Part shown: in pieces, positions 41,269 to 50,292 of the stretch
How the letters are laid out: the number at the start of each line of letters is the position of its first letter
Numbering within the stretch: position 1 is the first letter of the stretch
Translations under genes and position numbers: made by a program
Notes under the pieces: model-generated
Seen by the model: the letters and a program-made list of their open reading frames with translations, nothing else
The model's database searches: none
What the model was told of the DNA's origin: nothing
Source of the DNA: Acidobacteriaceae bacterium
Lineage (GTDB): Bacteria > Acidobacteriota > Terriglobia > Terriglobales > Acidobacteriaceae
Assembly: GCA_036270675.1 (NCBI GenBank)
Contig: DATBCB010000440.1
Location: 1-55,873 of the forward strand
DNA: 55,873 nt
Reading direction: 5' to 3'

Positions 41269-41871
41269 ATGTTCCGCAAGACGAATGATGCCGGCAGGAA
41301 ACGCGCTTACAATCGGCGGCCAGAGAGAAGGCCGGAAGAAAAGCGGAAGCGGCGCGAGATCAAGCTTCTCGGCGGACTTGCCGCAGGAGTCGTCGGCGGT
41401 CTCGTCGCCACTTGGGCGCTTGATCGATATCAGGAAGGCTCACTCGAAGCAACCCGCCGCGCGGAGAACGCAGCAGGTGCCTCTCCCATCCTCAGCCGCC
41501 GCCAGGAAGCTCTGATCCAGAACCAGCAGCGCGCCCACTCAGAAGCAGCCGAACGCATCGCAAAGTCGACCTTCGGCAAGCGTCTCAGCCGGACCCAGCG
41601 ACGCAACGCCGCGCGCGTCGTGCACTACGCAGTCGGCGCACTCACTGGCGGTGTCTACGGCCTCACGGCGGAGATCCTGCCCATCGTTCGCCGCGGCTAT
41701 GGCGCCGGGTACGCCAACCTGCTCTTTCTCGGCGGCTCGGAGGCGGTGCTTCCCTGGTTCAATCTCGCCCGGCAGAGGTCCCAGGCTCCGCGTAACGGTG
41801 GTCTCCCCGCACCCCTCGTCTACGGAGCGGTCCTCGAAACCACACGCCGCGTCCTCCGCTGGATGCTCTAG
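41269..41871 (+). CDS. Membrane protein, DUF1440-like
   Basis: RBS GGAGG; GLAAGVVGGLVATW, VHYAVGALTGGVYG and LVYGAVLE. Confidence 0.65.
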   Translation: MFRKTNDAGRKRAYNRRPERRPEEKRKRREIKLLGGLAAGVVGGLVATWALDRYQEGSLEATRRAENAAGASPILSRRQEALIQNQQRAHSEAAERIAKSTFGKRLSRTQRRNAARVVHYAVGALTGGVYGLTAEILPIVRRGYGAGYANLLFLGGSEAVLPWFNLARQRSQAPRNGGLPAPLVYGAVLETTRRVLRWML

Positions 41872-42116
41872 CCAGCTCTCGGCGGGCGCACTAACCTACT
41901 GAGAATAAGCAGCTTACAGACGAGGCTCCGGCACCTGAAGGGGGAGAACGGTGCCGGGTCACGTTACCCTGCGCAACATTTTGCCGAAATCGCGGTTCAC
42001 ATTGCTGTCTGCAAGGCAAGCTAGAGCAGACGAAAGGCCGGACGGAACGCGCACTCCCGTGCAGGAATTGCATCAGCGGGAGCAGCAGGCAACGGGCTGC
42101 CGGCGAGGTGAAGGGT

Positions 42117-43247
42117 ATGCGCATCGCAACAGCAATCCGCTCTTTAGTCCTGGCCGCAGTCAGCATCATCCCGGCCGTGTCGCACGCGGGTGTCTTCGTC
42201 TCCATCGGTATTGGCGCACCGCCCGTCCTGCCCGTTTACGTGCAGCCCATCTGCCCCGCGCCCGGTTACATCTGGACCCCCGGCTACTGGGCCTACGATG
42301 AGGAGGCCGGCTACTACTGGGTACCTGGTGCGTGGGTGCTCGCACCCTATACCGGCGCCCTCTGGACTCCCGGCTACTGGGGCTGGGGCGATGGCGGCTA
42401 CCTATGGCACGCTGGCTATTGGGGACCGCACGTCGGCTTCTACGGCGGCGTGAACTATGGCTTCGGCTACTTCGGCCGCGGCTTTGAAGGTGGCTACTGG
42501 GATCACGACCGCTTCCGCTACAACGCGGAAGTCATGCACGTGGACCACGAGCGTTTCCACGAGGTGGTCTACAACAAGACTGTGACCAACAACTACAACA
42601 CGACGCGCGTGAGTTTTAACGGCGGCCACGGCGGCGTCCAGATGCACCCCACGGCGCAGGAGCAGAACTGGGGTCGTGAGCAGCACACTGCACCTCTGGC
42701 TGCGCAGCACCAGAACGAGATGCGCGCCAGCCAGAACCGCGCGCAGTTTGCAAACGTGAACCACGGCCAGCCGCAGAACCTGGCCCGCACCGAGCCGGCC
42801 TCCTTCAACCGCAACATGCCGGTGAACACTCGGCCCGCGGTCAACAACAACGCCTATCATCCGCAGGCAAACACGCAGATGAACCAGCACACACAGCCGC
42901 AGACATACCGTCCGCAATCTCAGCCGCAGACCTATCATGCGCAGGCAAATCCGCAGATGAACGAGCACACACAGCCGCAGGCGTACAATCCGCAGGCCCA
43001 GCCGCAGACGTACCGTCCGCAGACCAGCCCGCAGATGAATCAGCACACGCAGCCGCAGGCGTACCATCCGCAGGCCCAGCCGCAGACGTACCGTCCGCAG
43101 ACGAGCCCGCAGATGAATCAGCACACCCAGCCGCAGGCCTACCACCCGCAGCCCCAGCAGACGCACCAGGCACCCCAGCCGCAGGAGCCTCACGGCGGCG
43201 GTGGCGGCGGACATGACGGCGGCGGAGGACACGGACACGGCCGCTAA
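42117..43247 (+). CDS. Secreted YXWGXW-repeat protein with a Gln/Pro/Asn-rich repetitive tail
   Basis: Signal peptide; YIWTPGYW, YYWVPGAW, LWTPGYW and YLWHAGYW repeats. Confidence 0.9.
   Translation: MRIATAIRSLVLAAVSIIPAVSHAGVFVSIGIGAPPVLPVYVQPICPAPGYIWTPGYWAYDEEAGYYWVPGAWVLAPYTGALWTPGYWGWGDGGYLWHAGYWGPHVGFYGGVNYGFGYFGRGFEGGYWDHDRFRYNAEVMHVDHERFHEVVYNKTVTNNYNTTRVSFNGGHGGVQMHPTAQEQNWGREQHTAPLAAQHQNEMRASQNRAQFANVNHGQPQNLARTEPASFNRNMPVNTRPAVNNNAYHPQANTQMNQHTQPQTYRPQSQPQTYHAQANPQMNEHTQPQAYNPQAQPQTYRPQTSPQMNQHTQPQAYHPQAQPQTYRPQTSPQMNQHTQPQAYHPQPQQTHQAPQPQEPHGGGGGGHDGGGGHGHGR
42856..43160 (+). repeat. 78-bp (26-aa) intragenic tandem repeat, ~4 copies
   Basis: PQMN(Q/E)HTQPQ(A/T)Y.PQ.QPQTY..Q units; CAGATGAA recurs every 78 bp. 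Confidence 0.85.
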
Positions 43248-43267
43248 ATATAGCGGACCCGATGGAA

Positions 43268-43291
43268 AGGGCGGACTTCATGGTCCGCCCT
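43268..43291. terminator. Probable bidirectional terminator
   Basis: AGGGCGGAC-TTCATG-GTCCGCCCT between convergent genes. Confidence 0.7.
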
Positions 43292-43292
43292 C

Positions 43293-43967
43293 TTACTTTT
43301 TTGCGGGAGTTTCGCCCAGCCGATTTGCCGCGGGAATTTCGCTGACGCTGTGAGCCAGTCCTGCCGCCTCCATCGTCGCGCCGATCATGGCCGGAACTCC
43401 CATGCACGAGTTCAGCATGAGTTGATAGAGCCGGTGATCGCTCCAGTCCTGGTTGTAAAAGCGCCGGATATAGCTGGCGCGGCGGCGGTCCGTAGCTTCC
43501 AGTTCCTGTTCCGCATCGTCCGCGCGGTCGGGAAACTGATCGCGGAACCACGCCAGCTTGCGGGCCGTGGAAGCGTACACAAAGACATGAAAGGTGCCCG
43601 GGACGTTGACCAGCGCCGAAGCTGCCCCGCGTCCCACCACGACGCAGTGCCCTTCGGCCACCCGGTCCTTCAGGTAATCGCGAATCAGGCTGGTCAGCCG
43701 CTCGCTGTCGAAGATCTCGGAAGAGGACATGATCGCGGGCATCCGCTCCACGCTGGCGTGCCAGAAAGTCTTGCCCAGCCGGTAATACCACGGATCGAGC
43801 CGCTCGTCGCAATTGGCCACAGCGGCCTTCTCCAGCCCGAGCTTGCGGGCGATCTCGTCCACGATGCAGTTGTCGATGATGCGCCAGCCCAGGTACTCGG
43901 CGAGCAGATGGGCGAACTCGCCGCCGCGACTGCCGTATTCGCGCTCCACCGTGATGATGCGTACCAT
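43293..43967 (-). CDS. Cytidylate kinase-like family protein
   Basis: ITVEREYGSRG, CVVVGRGA, HVFVYA and DRRRASY. Confidence 0.88.
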   Translation of the reverse strand: MVRIITVEREYGSRGGEFAHLLAEYLGWRIIDNCIVDEIARKLGLEKAAVANCDERLDPWYYRLGKTFWHASVERMPAIMSSSEIFDSERLTSLIRDYLKDRVAEGHCVVVGRGAASALVNVPGTFHVFVYASTARKLAWFRDQFPDRADDAEQELEATDRRRASYIRRFYNQDWSDHRLYQLMLNSCMGVPAMIGATMEAAGLAHSVSEIPAANRLGETPAKK

Positions 43968-44067
43968 GCTGCACCGCCTGTGCGTCGGCCTACTGCCGAT
44001 CTACGCGAGTGGAGATTACCACCTGCCCGCAGCCCTGACTACTGAGACTGCCGTGGCCGAATTTTGG

Positions 44068-46539
44068 TTACTGGCGCAGGTCGACAATCGTCGCGCCTGC
44101 ACCGCCCTCCGCCTGAGTCGCCTCCGTCACTGTGGCGACATGCGGATGGCTGGTCAGCATTGTCCGGAGCGCCCGCCGCAGCACGCCCATGCCCGTGCCA
44201 TGGATAACCCGCACCCGCTCCAGCCCCGCCAGAAACGCCCGGTCGAGGAAGCTCTCCACCTCGGCGCTGGCCTCCGCAACGGTCTGGCCGATGACGTTTA
44301 TTTCCGGCCGCATGTCGTCGCTCGACGAAGCCATGGTCACTGACACTCCACGCCGCCGTGCGGCCTCTACCGGGTTCAGTTCCGCCGCCGCCCGCCGGCT
44401 GGAGATCACCTCCGCGATGTCCCCCCGGGGCACCCTCATCTTCATCGGCCCCATCGCCACCTCAAAATTGCTGTCGTCGATCTGCCGCTCCACGACAGCA
44501 ACACGGCCGAGCGACTTGAGCCGCACCGTGTCACCCGCGGCAACGTGACGCACCACGTGTGGCTGCGCCTGTGGATCGCCTTTGTCCGCGCCCGTGTGCT
44601 GCGCGACCGCGGTGGCGTTGAACTGCTCGGCGAACTCACGTCGCAGCCGCGCGATCCGCCGCTCTGCTTCTTTCGAGAGCTTCTGCTGCTGCATGCGGTC
44701 GTCGATCGCCTTTACCGCCTCGCGCATGCGGAACTCGAAGTCCTTCAGCAACCCGGCCAGTTGCTGTTCGAGTTCGCGGACCTTAGCTTTCCACTCTTTC
44801 AGGCCCTCCGCTTCCAGTCGCTGCCGCTCGCGTTCCACTTCGCTCTCCCGCTGACGCAGGGCAGCTCGTTCGCGATCCACCGCCGCAAGGTCCGCATGCA
44901 GACGGTCGAGGAAGTGCGCGATGTCCTCCGTCTGATGCGAAAGCTGCCGTCGAGCCGCGGCAATGATTGCAGGATCGAGCCCGATGCGTTGCGCGATGTT
45001 GATGCCCGCCGAAGCACCCGGCACGCCGAGCCGCAGTGCATAGGTGGGCGCCAGAGTCTGCTCATCGAAGCCGACTGCCGCGTTGAGCACGCCCTTATGT
45101 TGCGCGGCGTAGACCTTCAGCAAAGTGTGATGGGTGGAGATGATCGACCAGGCGCGCGCGCCAAGGAAGTGGCTGGCGATGGCGACTGCCAGCGCCGCGC
45201 CTTCTTCCGGATCGGTGGCCGAGCCCAGTTCATCCAGCAGCACCAGCGAGTGCTCATCCGCCACCGCCGCGATGCGGTTCAGGTTGACGATGTGCGCGGA
45301 GAAGGTGGAGAGATTCTGCTCGATGGACTGCGCATCCCCGATATCTGCAAGGAAGCTGCGGAAGACGGGCAGCACCAGCCGCTCGGCGGGAACGGGCACG
45401 CCGGCCTGCGCCATCATCGCCAACAGCGCGGCCGTCTTCAGCGCCACGGTCTTGCCGCCTGTGTTTGGCCCGCTGATAATCAGCTGCCGCGCATCGGACT
45501 CCAACCCGAGCGTGAGCGGAACGAGCGTGCCACCGCTCCGGCGCAGTCGCCGCTCCAGCAGTGAATGTCGCCCTTTCTGCAACAGGAACTCCGGCGCGTC
45601 ATCACCGGCAAAGATGGGCGCGACGCATTCGTACTCTTCAGCAAAACGGGCCCGCGCCTGCAATGCATCGACCTCCCCAAGGATCGCTGCGCCGGCCGAT
45701 AGGGCCGTCGCCTCGCGGGCGATCTCGCTCGTCATCTGAACGAAGATGCGATGCACCTCAGCCTGTTCCTCGTCCAGCAGCCGAATGAGCTCGTTGTTCT
45801 GCTCGATCGTTTCCAGCGGCTCAATGTAGACCGACTGTCCGCTGCTGCTTGCCCCATGCACCACACCGGGGATGCGGCGCTTCCACTCCGCCTTCACCGG
45901 GATGACGAAGCGCTCGCCGCGAATGGTGATGAGGTCTTCCTGTGTTGAGCCCTCACTGGAGAAGCGACGCAGCGCCTGGCGCAAGCTGCTCTCGATCGCG
46001 CGCTGCTGCCGCTCGACTTCGCGGCGAATGCGCTTCAGGTCAGGCGAAGCATCATCGTTGAGCGTGCCGTCAGGATTGATCCGTGACCGCAGCGAGTGCA
46101 GCAGCGGTGCAAGTTGGTTGCCGCGCAGCGGATCGGTCATGGCACGCAGTGAAGCGATACGCGATGCCAGGTCATCCGGCGGCTCTTGCATGGCGATGTA
46201 CCACGCCACAACTTCGTCCCCGAGCGCGAGCAGCGGCAGCAGCTCTTCTACCTCGAGCGCAGTTCCGGGAATGCGTGTCTTCGCCGTCGACGTCGAAGGG
46301 TCAAATAACGCGGCCAGCGCCGGACGCACGCCAGCAGCAAGGCAGATGCGCATCTCCGACACCAGTGCATGCTGCTCGGCGGCCCAAGTGCTGGAGGTCG
46401 AGGGCGCAAATGCCATCAGCCACTCCCGTGTCACCGCGGCAGTGGCGTATTGCGCGAGCAGCGTGAGCAGCGCCTCCCACTCCAGCGCGGCAGGGCTGAA
46501 GTCGGCAACGGGCTCGGGAATGGATGGCAGCAAACCCAC
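44068..46539 (-). CDS. mutS2: Endonuclease MutS2 (Smr domain)
   Basis: ISGPNTGGKT, LSTFSAH, LLDELGSATDPEEG and Smr IHGTGMG..GGAGAT. Confidence 0.95.
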   Translation of the reverse strand: MGLLPSIPEPVADFSPAALEWEALLTLLAQYATAAVTREWLMAFAPSTSSTWAAEQHALVSEMRICLAAGVRPALAALFDPSTSTAKTRIPGTALEVEELLPLLALGDEVVAWYIAMQEPPDDLASRIASLRAMTDPLRGNQLAPLLHSLRSRINPDGTLNDDASPDLKRIRREVERQQRAIESSLRQALRRFSSEGSTQEDLITIRGERFVIPVKAEWKRRIPGVVHGASSSGQSVYIEPLETIEQNNELIRLLDEEQAEVHRIFVQMTSEIAREATALSAGAAILGEVDALQARARFAEEYECVAPIFAGDDAPEFLLQKGRHSLLERRLRRSGGTLVPLTLGLESDARQLIISGPNTGGKTVALKTAALLAMMAQAGVPVPAERLVLPVFRSFLADIGDAQSIEQNLSTFSAHIVNLNRIAAVADEHSLVLLDELGSATDPEEGAALAVAIASHFLGARAWSIISTHHTLLKVYAAQHKGVLNAAVGFDEQTLAPTYALRLGVPGASAGINIAQRIGLDPAIIAAARRQLSHQTEDIAHFLDRLHADLAAVDRERAALRQRESEVERERQRLEAEGLKEWKAKVRELEQQLAGLLKDFEFRMREAVKAIDDRMQQQKLSKEAERRIARLRREFAEQFNATAVAQHTGADKGDPQAQPHVVRHVAAGDTVRLKSLGRVAVVERQIDDSNFEVAMGPMKMRVPRGDIAEVISSRRAAAELNPVEAARRRGVSVTMASSSDDMRPEINVIGQTVAEASAEVESFLDRAFLAGLERVRVIHGTGMGVLRRALRTMLTSHPHVATVTEATQAEGGAGATIVDLRQ

Positions 46540-46565
46540 GCTCTCACTCTACCTTGACTGGGGTA

Positions 46566-46624
46566 GATAGAATTGAGCCGGACAGAGTGGAGTCGGACAG
46601 AATCGAGCCGGATAGAATCGAAGC
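46566..46624 (+). repeat. 15-bp tandem repeat x4 in the mutS2/hemB divergent promoter
   Basis: GATAGAATTGAGCCG GACAGAGTGGAGTCG GACAGAATCGAGCCG GATAGAATCGAAGC-ATG. Confidence 0.85.
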
Positions 46625-47611
46625 ATGGAGTTCCCGCAGACCCGCCTTCGCCGCCTGCGTACGACCGTGCCCATGCGCTCCCTGGTGCGTGAGACGCATC
46701 TGCACCCCGGCGCGCTGATTTACCCGCTCTTTCTGTGTCCGGGCGAGGGCATACGCCGCGAGGTGAAGTCGATGCCGGGCGTGTACAACGTCTCGGTCGA
46801 CGAGGCGGTGAAGGAGGCGGAGCAGGCTGCTTCGTTGGGTCTGGGTGGACTGCTGCTGTTCGGCCTGCCGGAGACGAAGGACGAACAGGCGAGCGGCGCT
46901 TACGATCCTGCTGGCATCACGCAGCAGGGGCTGCGCGCCTTGAAGCAGAGCTCGGCTGGGAAAAAGCTGGTGCTGATCACGGACGTCTGCCTGTGCGAGT
47001 ACACATCCCACGGACATTGCGGTGTGGTGCGGCACGACGGCGACGAATTTCACGTGGACAACGATGCCACGCTCGATCTGTTGGCGAAGACGGCGGCATC
47101 CCTCGCCGAAGCCGGCGCTGATATCGTTGCGCCATCGGACATGATGGACGGACGTGTCGCCGCCATTCGCGACGAGCTGGATGAAGACGGATTCGAGCAG
47201 GTGCCGGTGCTCTCCTATGCGTCGAAGTTTGCCTCTGCGTTCTACGGACCGTTTCGCGAAGCGGCGGACTCCGCGCCGCAGTTCGGCGACCGGCGCACCT
47301 ATCAGATGGACGGCGCCAATCTGCGCGAGGCGATGCGCGAGATCGAGCAGGACCTGGGCGAAGGCGCGGACATGATCCTGATGAAGCCGGCGATGCCGTA
47401 TCTCGACGTGATCCACGCGGCACGCGGGCGCTTCGATGTTCCCATGGGCGCGTACCAGGTTTCGGGTGAATATTCGATGATGCAGGCGGCCTTCGAGCGT
47501 GGCTGGCTGGAACGCGAGCGTGCGATGCTGGAGTCGCTGATCTCCATTCGCCGTGCGGGCGCGGATTTCATCGTGACCTACTTCGCCAAGGAAGCAGCGA
47601 AGCTGCTGTAG
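46625..47611 (+). CDS. hemB: Porphobilinogen synthase
   Basis: Zn site [30 protein letters not shown] and YQVSGEY. Confidence 0.98.
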   Translation: MEFPQTRLRRLRTTVPMRSLVRETHLHPGALIYPLFLCPGEGIRREVKSMPGVYNVSVDEAVKEAEQAASLGLGGLLLFGLPETKDEQASGAYDPAGITQQGLRALKQSSAGKKLVLITDVCLCEYTSHGHCGVVRHDGDEFHVDNDATLDLLAKTAASLAEAGADIVAPSDMMDGRVAAIRDELDEDGFEQVPVLSYASKFASAFYGPFREAADSAPQFGDRRTYQMDGANLREAMREIEQDLGEGADMILMKPAMPYLDVIHAARGRFDVPMGAYQVSGEYSMMQAAFERGWLERERAMLESLISIRRAGADFIVTYFAKEAAKLL

Positions 47612-47616
47612 CTGAG

Positions 47617-50208
47617 TCAGGGCTGCACGAGCATTGCTCGGAATTGCGCTTCGAGGCGTGCCGTGAACTCCTGCGGCGTCTCGCCGATTCCCATCGTGAC
47701 TGGATGGCCGACACGAATCGTGACTGTGCCCGGTCGGAACCAGCGCCGCTTGCGCTGCTTGATTTCGCCTAGTCCAACCATGGCAACCGGTAGCACGGGT
47801 GCGGCGGATTCGCGTGCCAGCAAGCCGATGCCGGACTGGAATGTAGCCAGCCTCTCATCCGCGGAGCGGCCGCCCTCGGGAAACAGAATCACTGACATGC
47901 CGTGGTCCATCGCCGCTCCAGCATGCGCGAAGCTGCGGCGAAACCCTGCGCCCTGCGGTAGTGGAAAGACGTTGAACAGCGCGGTGACCAGCCAGTAGGC
48001 GAGCGGCGTGAGCAGACGAAGCCACGCGTGCCGTTCGGCGCGTGCGTGGCGCCATCCCGTGAGCAGCCCGCCGGCCATTGCGACCGCTGTATGACGCCGG
48101 ATGGACGCGGGCAACGCGGCGAGGACCAGCGGGAGATCGTAAGCCGTGACATGGTTAGCGACGATGAGGAATGGTTTGCGCAGCCCAATGACGTGCGGCC
48201 GAATGATGTGCGGACGAACGATACGTGGGTCAAGCAGCAGATATGTAAGCGGGATGGAAACGCACTCCAGGAAAGCCACGCGTAGCCAACGAATGGGCGT
48301 GCTCCATGGCCATCGCGGGTAGATAGAGTTGTCGCTAACCGCACGACGACTGACAGGCGGTTGCGCAGGCGAGGTGCTCACGGCAGCTTCCGCTGTTCTC
48401 GCTTGGGGAGTGATGAGACTGCGCAAATCGCCGACAGTGCGCGTGTGTTGCCACGCGTCATCGGGAATCTCAATCGCGAATTGCTGCTCGAGCATGCTCT
48501 GCAACTCAACCATACCAAGACTGTCGATGCCGATGTCTTCGCTAAGGCGGCTTGCTTCCGTGACATTGTCTACGCGTGCGCCGGGTAGGCGTCGCAGCGC
48601 ATTCAACAAAGGATCATCGCCAGCGCTGATCTCACCTTTCGCGGTGAATGCGAGTTGCGCCCGTCCGGCAACTTCGCGGCGCTTTACCTTGCCGGTGGAA
48701 GTGCGCGGGAAGTCCAGATCGGGCCAGAGCAGCCAGCGGCGTATCTGTTGATGGTCCGCAAGCGTTGCGTTCGCCGAAGTCACCGCGGCATCGGCCTTCG
48801 ACGCATCGCTCATCAGCAATGCGGCTGCCGGCTGGGGACCGCCGCCGCTGTCGAACGAGAAGGCGCATGCGTCGCGCACACCGGGCCGATGGGTGAGCGC
48901 AGCTTCCAAATCTTGCGGGTGCACGTTGAGGCCGGCAGCCGTGACGATGACGTCGCTCTTGCGGCCCGTAAAGACCAGCTCACCTTTGTCGTTCCGAGCA
49001 GCCAGATCGCCAGTGCGCAGCCACCCGCCATCGGCATTGCGCGTTTGCGCATGTCCGGCGCGCCATTCCGTTTCGGCTATGGAATCGCCGCGAACCAGGA
49101 TCTCGCCGTCCTCCGCAATCTTTATCTCGCGCCCGGCGAGCGGCTTGCCGATGCTTCCGCGCGCAGTGTGGAAGGGATGGTTCAGCGTGACCAGAGCGGT
49201 GGTCTCGGTCATGCCGTAGCCCTGGATGAGCGCGAATCCAAGGCGGGTCCAGAACTGTTCCAGGTCATCGGGCAGAGTGGCGCCGCCACAGACAAAGGCC
49301 CAGAACTTCCAGCCGAAGAGCCGACGCTGGCGACGGAAGAGCCACCAGCGGCTGAGTGCAGAGACATTCTGTGCGGCATCCAGCCGCGCCGAGAGCGTTG
49401 GGTCGAGCCGTGCCAGGTGGCCATGTAAGAGTTCCAGGACCCGCGGCACAGCGGCCAGCACGGAGATGCGCTGCGCGTGGATGAGCTGGATGAGCCGCGG
49501 TGCATCGAGTCGGGACTCGAAGTGGACCTCGGCGGCGAGCAGGGGTGGCACCCAGAGGCCCATGAACTGGCCGAATACGTGCGACAAGGGGAGTGTCTGG
49601 AGGAAGCGGAGCGGGTGCAAGAGGCGCTCATAGCGTCGGTATTTGGCAATCTCGCGCTCGATCTGGTCGAGCGAGGCGAGCACGTTGCCGTGGGTGTGGA
49701 CGATGCCTTTCGGCTCCGACGTTGTACCAGAGGTGAAGATAATCTGGAGCGGCGTGCTGCGGTTGAGACCGGGAATCGGCGCGTAATCGGGAGCGGGCAG
49801 GCCGGTTGCATCCAGGCGGGTTGCATCCAGGAGGAGGGTAGGGACATCAGATGGCAGGAGCTTCTGTAACAGCGACGGATCGCCGACAAGCAATCGCGGC
49901 GAGGTCTCGGCGATGATGCGCTGGGCGAATCGTAGGTCACCGGCGGCATCGAGCGGCACAACGAGAACGCCGCGCAGGACGCAGCCGTAGAAGGCAGCGA
50001 TCCATGCGGCAGAGTTCTGGCCCCACAGCAGGATGCGGTCAGCGGACTCGATGCCGCGTCGTGCGTACTCGGCAGCGAAGCGGGCGCTGAACTCAGCTAG
50101 TTCGGCATAGGTCGATGGCAGGCTGCGGTTGCCGGTGTGGCTGACGACCGCGCAATCCTGGCCATAGCGGCGGAAATCATCGAGCAGCGTGGCCAGGTGC
50201 GGACGCAC
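47617..50208 (-). CDS. Fusion of acyl-AMP/CoA ligase + acyl carrier domain + PlsC-type acyltransferase
   Basis: FTSGTTSEPKG, GYGMTET and LRTGD; carrier GIDSL; acyltransferase NHVTAYD and FPEGGRS. Confidence 0.92.
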   Translation of the reverse strand: MRPHLATLLDDFRRYGQDCAVVSHTGNRSLPSTYAELAEFSARFAAEYARRGIESADRILLWGQNSAAWIAAFYGCVLRGVLVVPLDAAGDLRFAQRIIAETSPRLLVGDPSLLQKLLPSDVPTLLLDATRLDATGLPAPDYAPIPGLNRSTPLQIIFTSGTTSEPKGIVHTHGNVLASLDQIEREIAKYRRYERLLHPLRFLQTLPLSHVFGQFMGLWVPPLLAAEVHFESRLDAPRLIQLIHAQRISVLAAVPRVLELLHGHLARLDPTLSARLDAAQNVSALSRWWLFRRQRRLFGWKFWAFVCGGATLPDDLEQFWTRLGFALIQGYGMTETTALVTLNHPFHTARGSIGKPLAGREIKIAEDGEILVRGDSIAETEWRAGHAQTRNADGGWLRTGDLAARNDKGELVFTGRKSDVIVTAAGLNVHPQDLEAALTHRPGVRDACAFSFDSGGGPQPAAALLMSDASKADAAVTSANATLADHQQIRRWLLWPDLDFPRTSTGKVKRREVAGRAQLAFTAKGEISAGDDPLLNALRRLPGARVDNVTEASRLSEDIGIDSLGMVELQSMLEQQFAIEIPDDAWQHTRTVGDLRSLITPQARTAEAAVSTSPAQPPVSRRAVSDNSIYPRWPWSTPIRWLRVAFLECVSIPLTYLLLDPRIVRPHIIRPHVIGLRKPFLIVANHVTAYDLPLVLAALPASIRRHTAVAMAGGLLTGWRHARAERHAWLRLLTPLAYWLVTALFNVFPLPQGAGFRRSFAHAGAAMDHGMSVILFPEGGRSADERLATFQSGIGLLARESAAPVLPVAMVGLGEIKQRKRRWFRPGTVTIRVGHPVTMGIGETPQEFTARLEAQFRAMLVQP

Positions 50209-50292
50209 CCAGCCAGTGTTTCATATACGCGTAGAATGAGGTGTTTGGCCTGAAGCAAGGATGTCGACTGGCCGGAAGGGGAGTAAAAAGTT

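Noticed and set aside
41950-42060. Possible c-di-GMP-I riboswitch upstream of the YXWGXW gene (GAAA loops)
   Set aside because: I could not build the GGCAAA..GAAA..GACGCAAA P2/P3 architecture by eye; an Infernal search would be needed.
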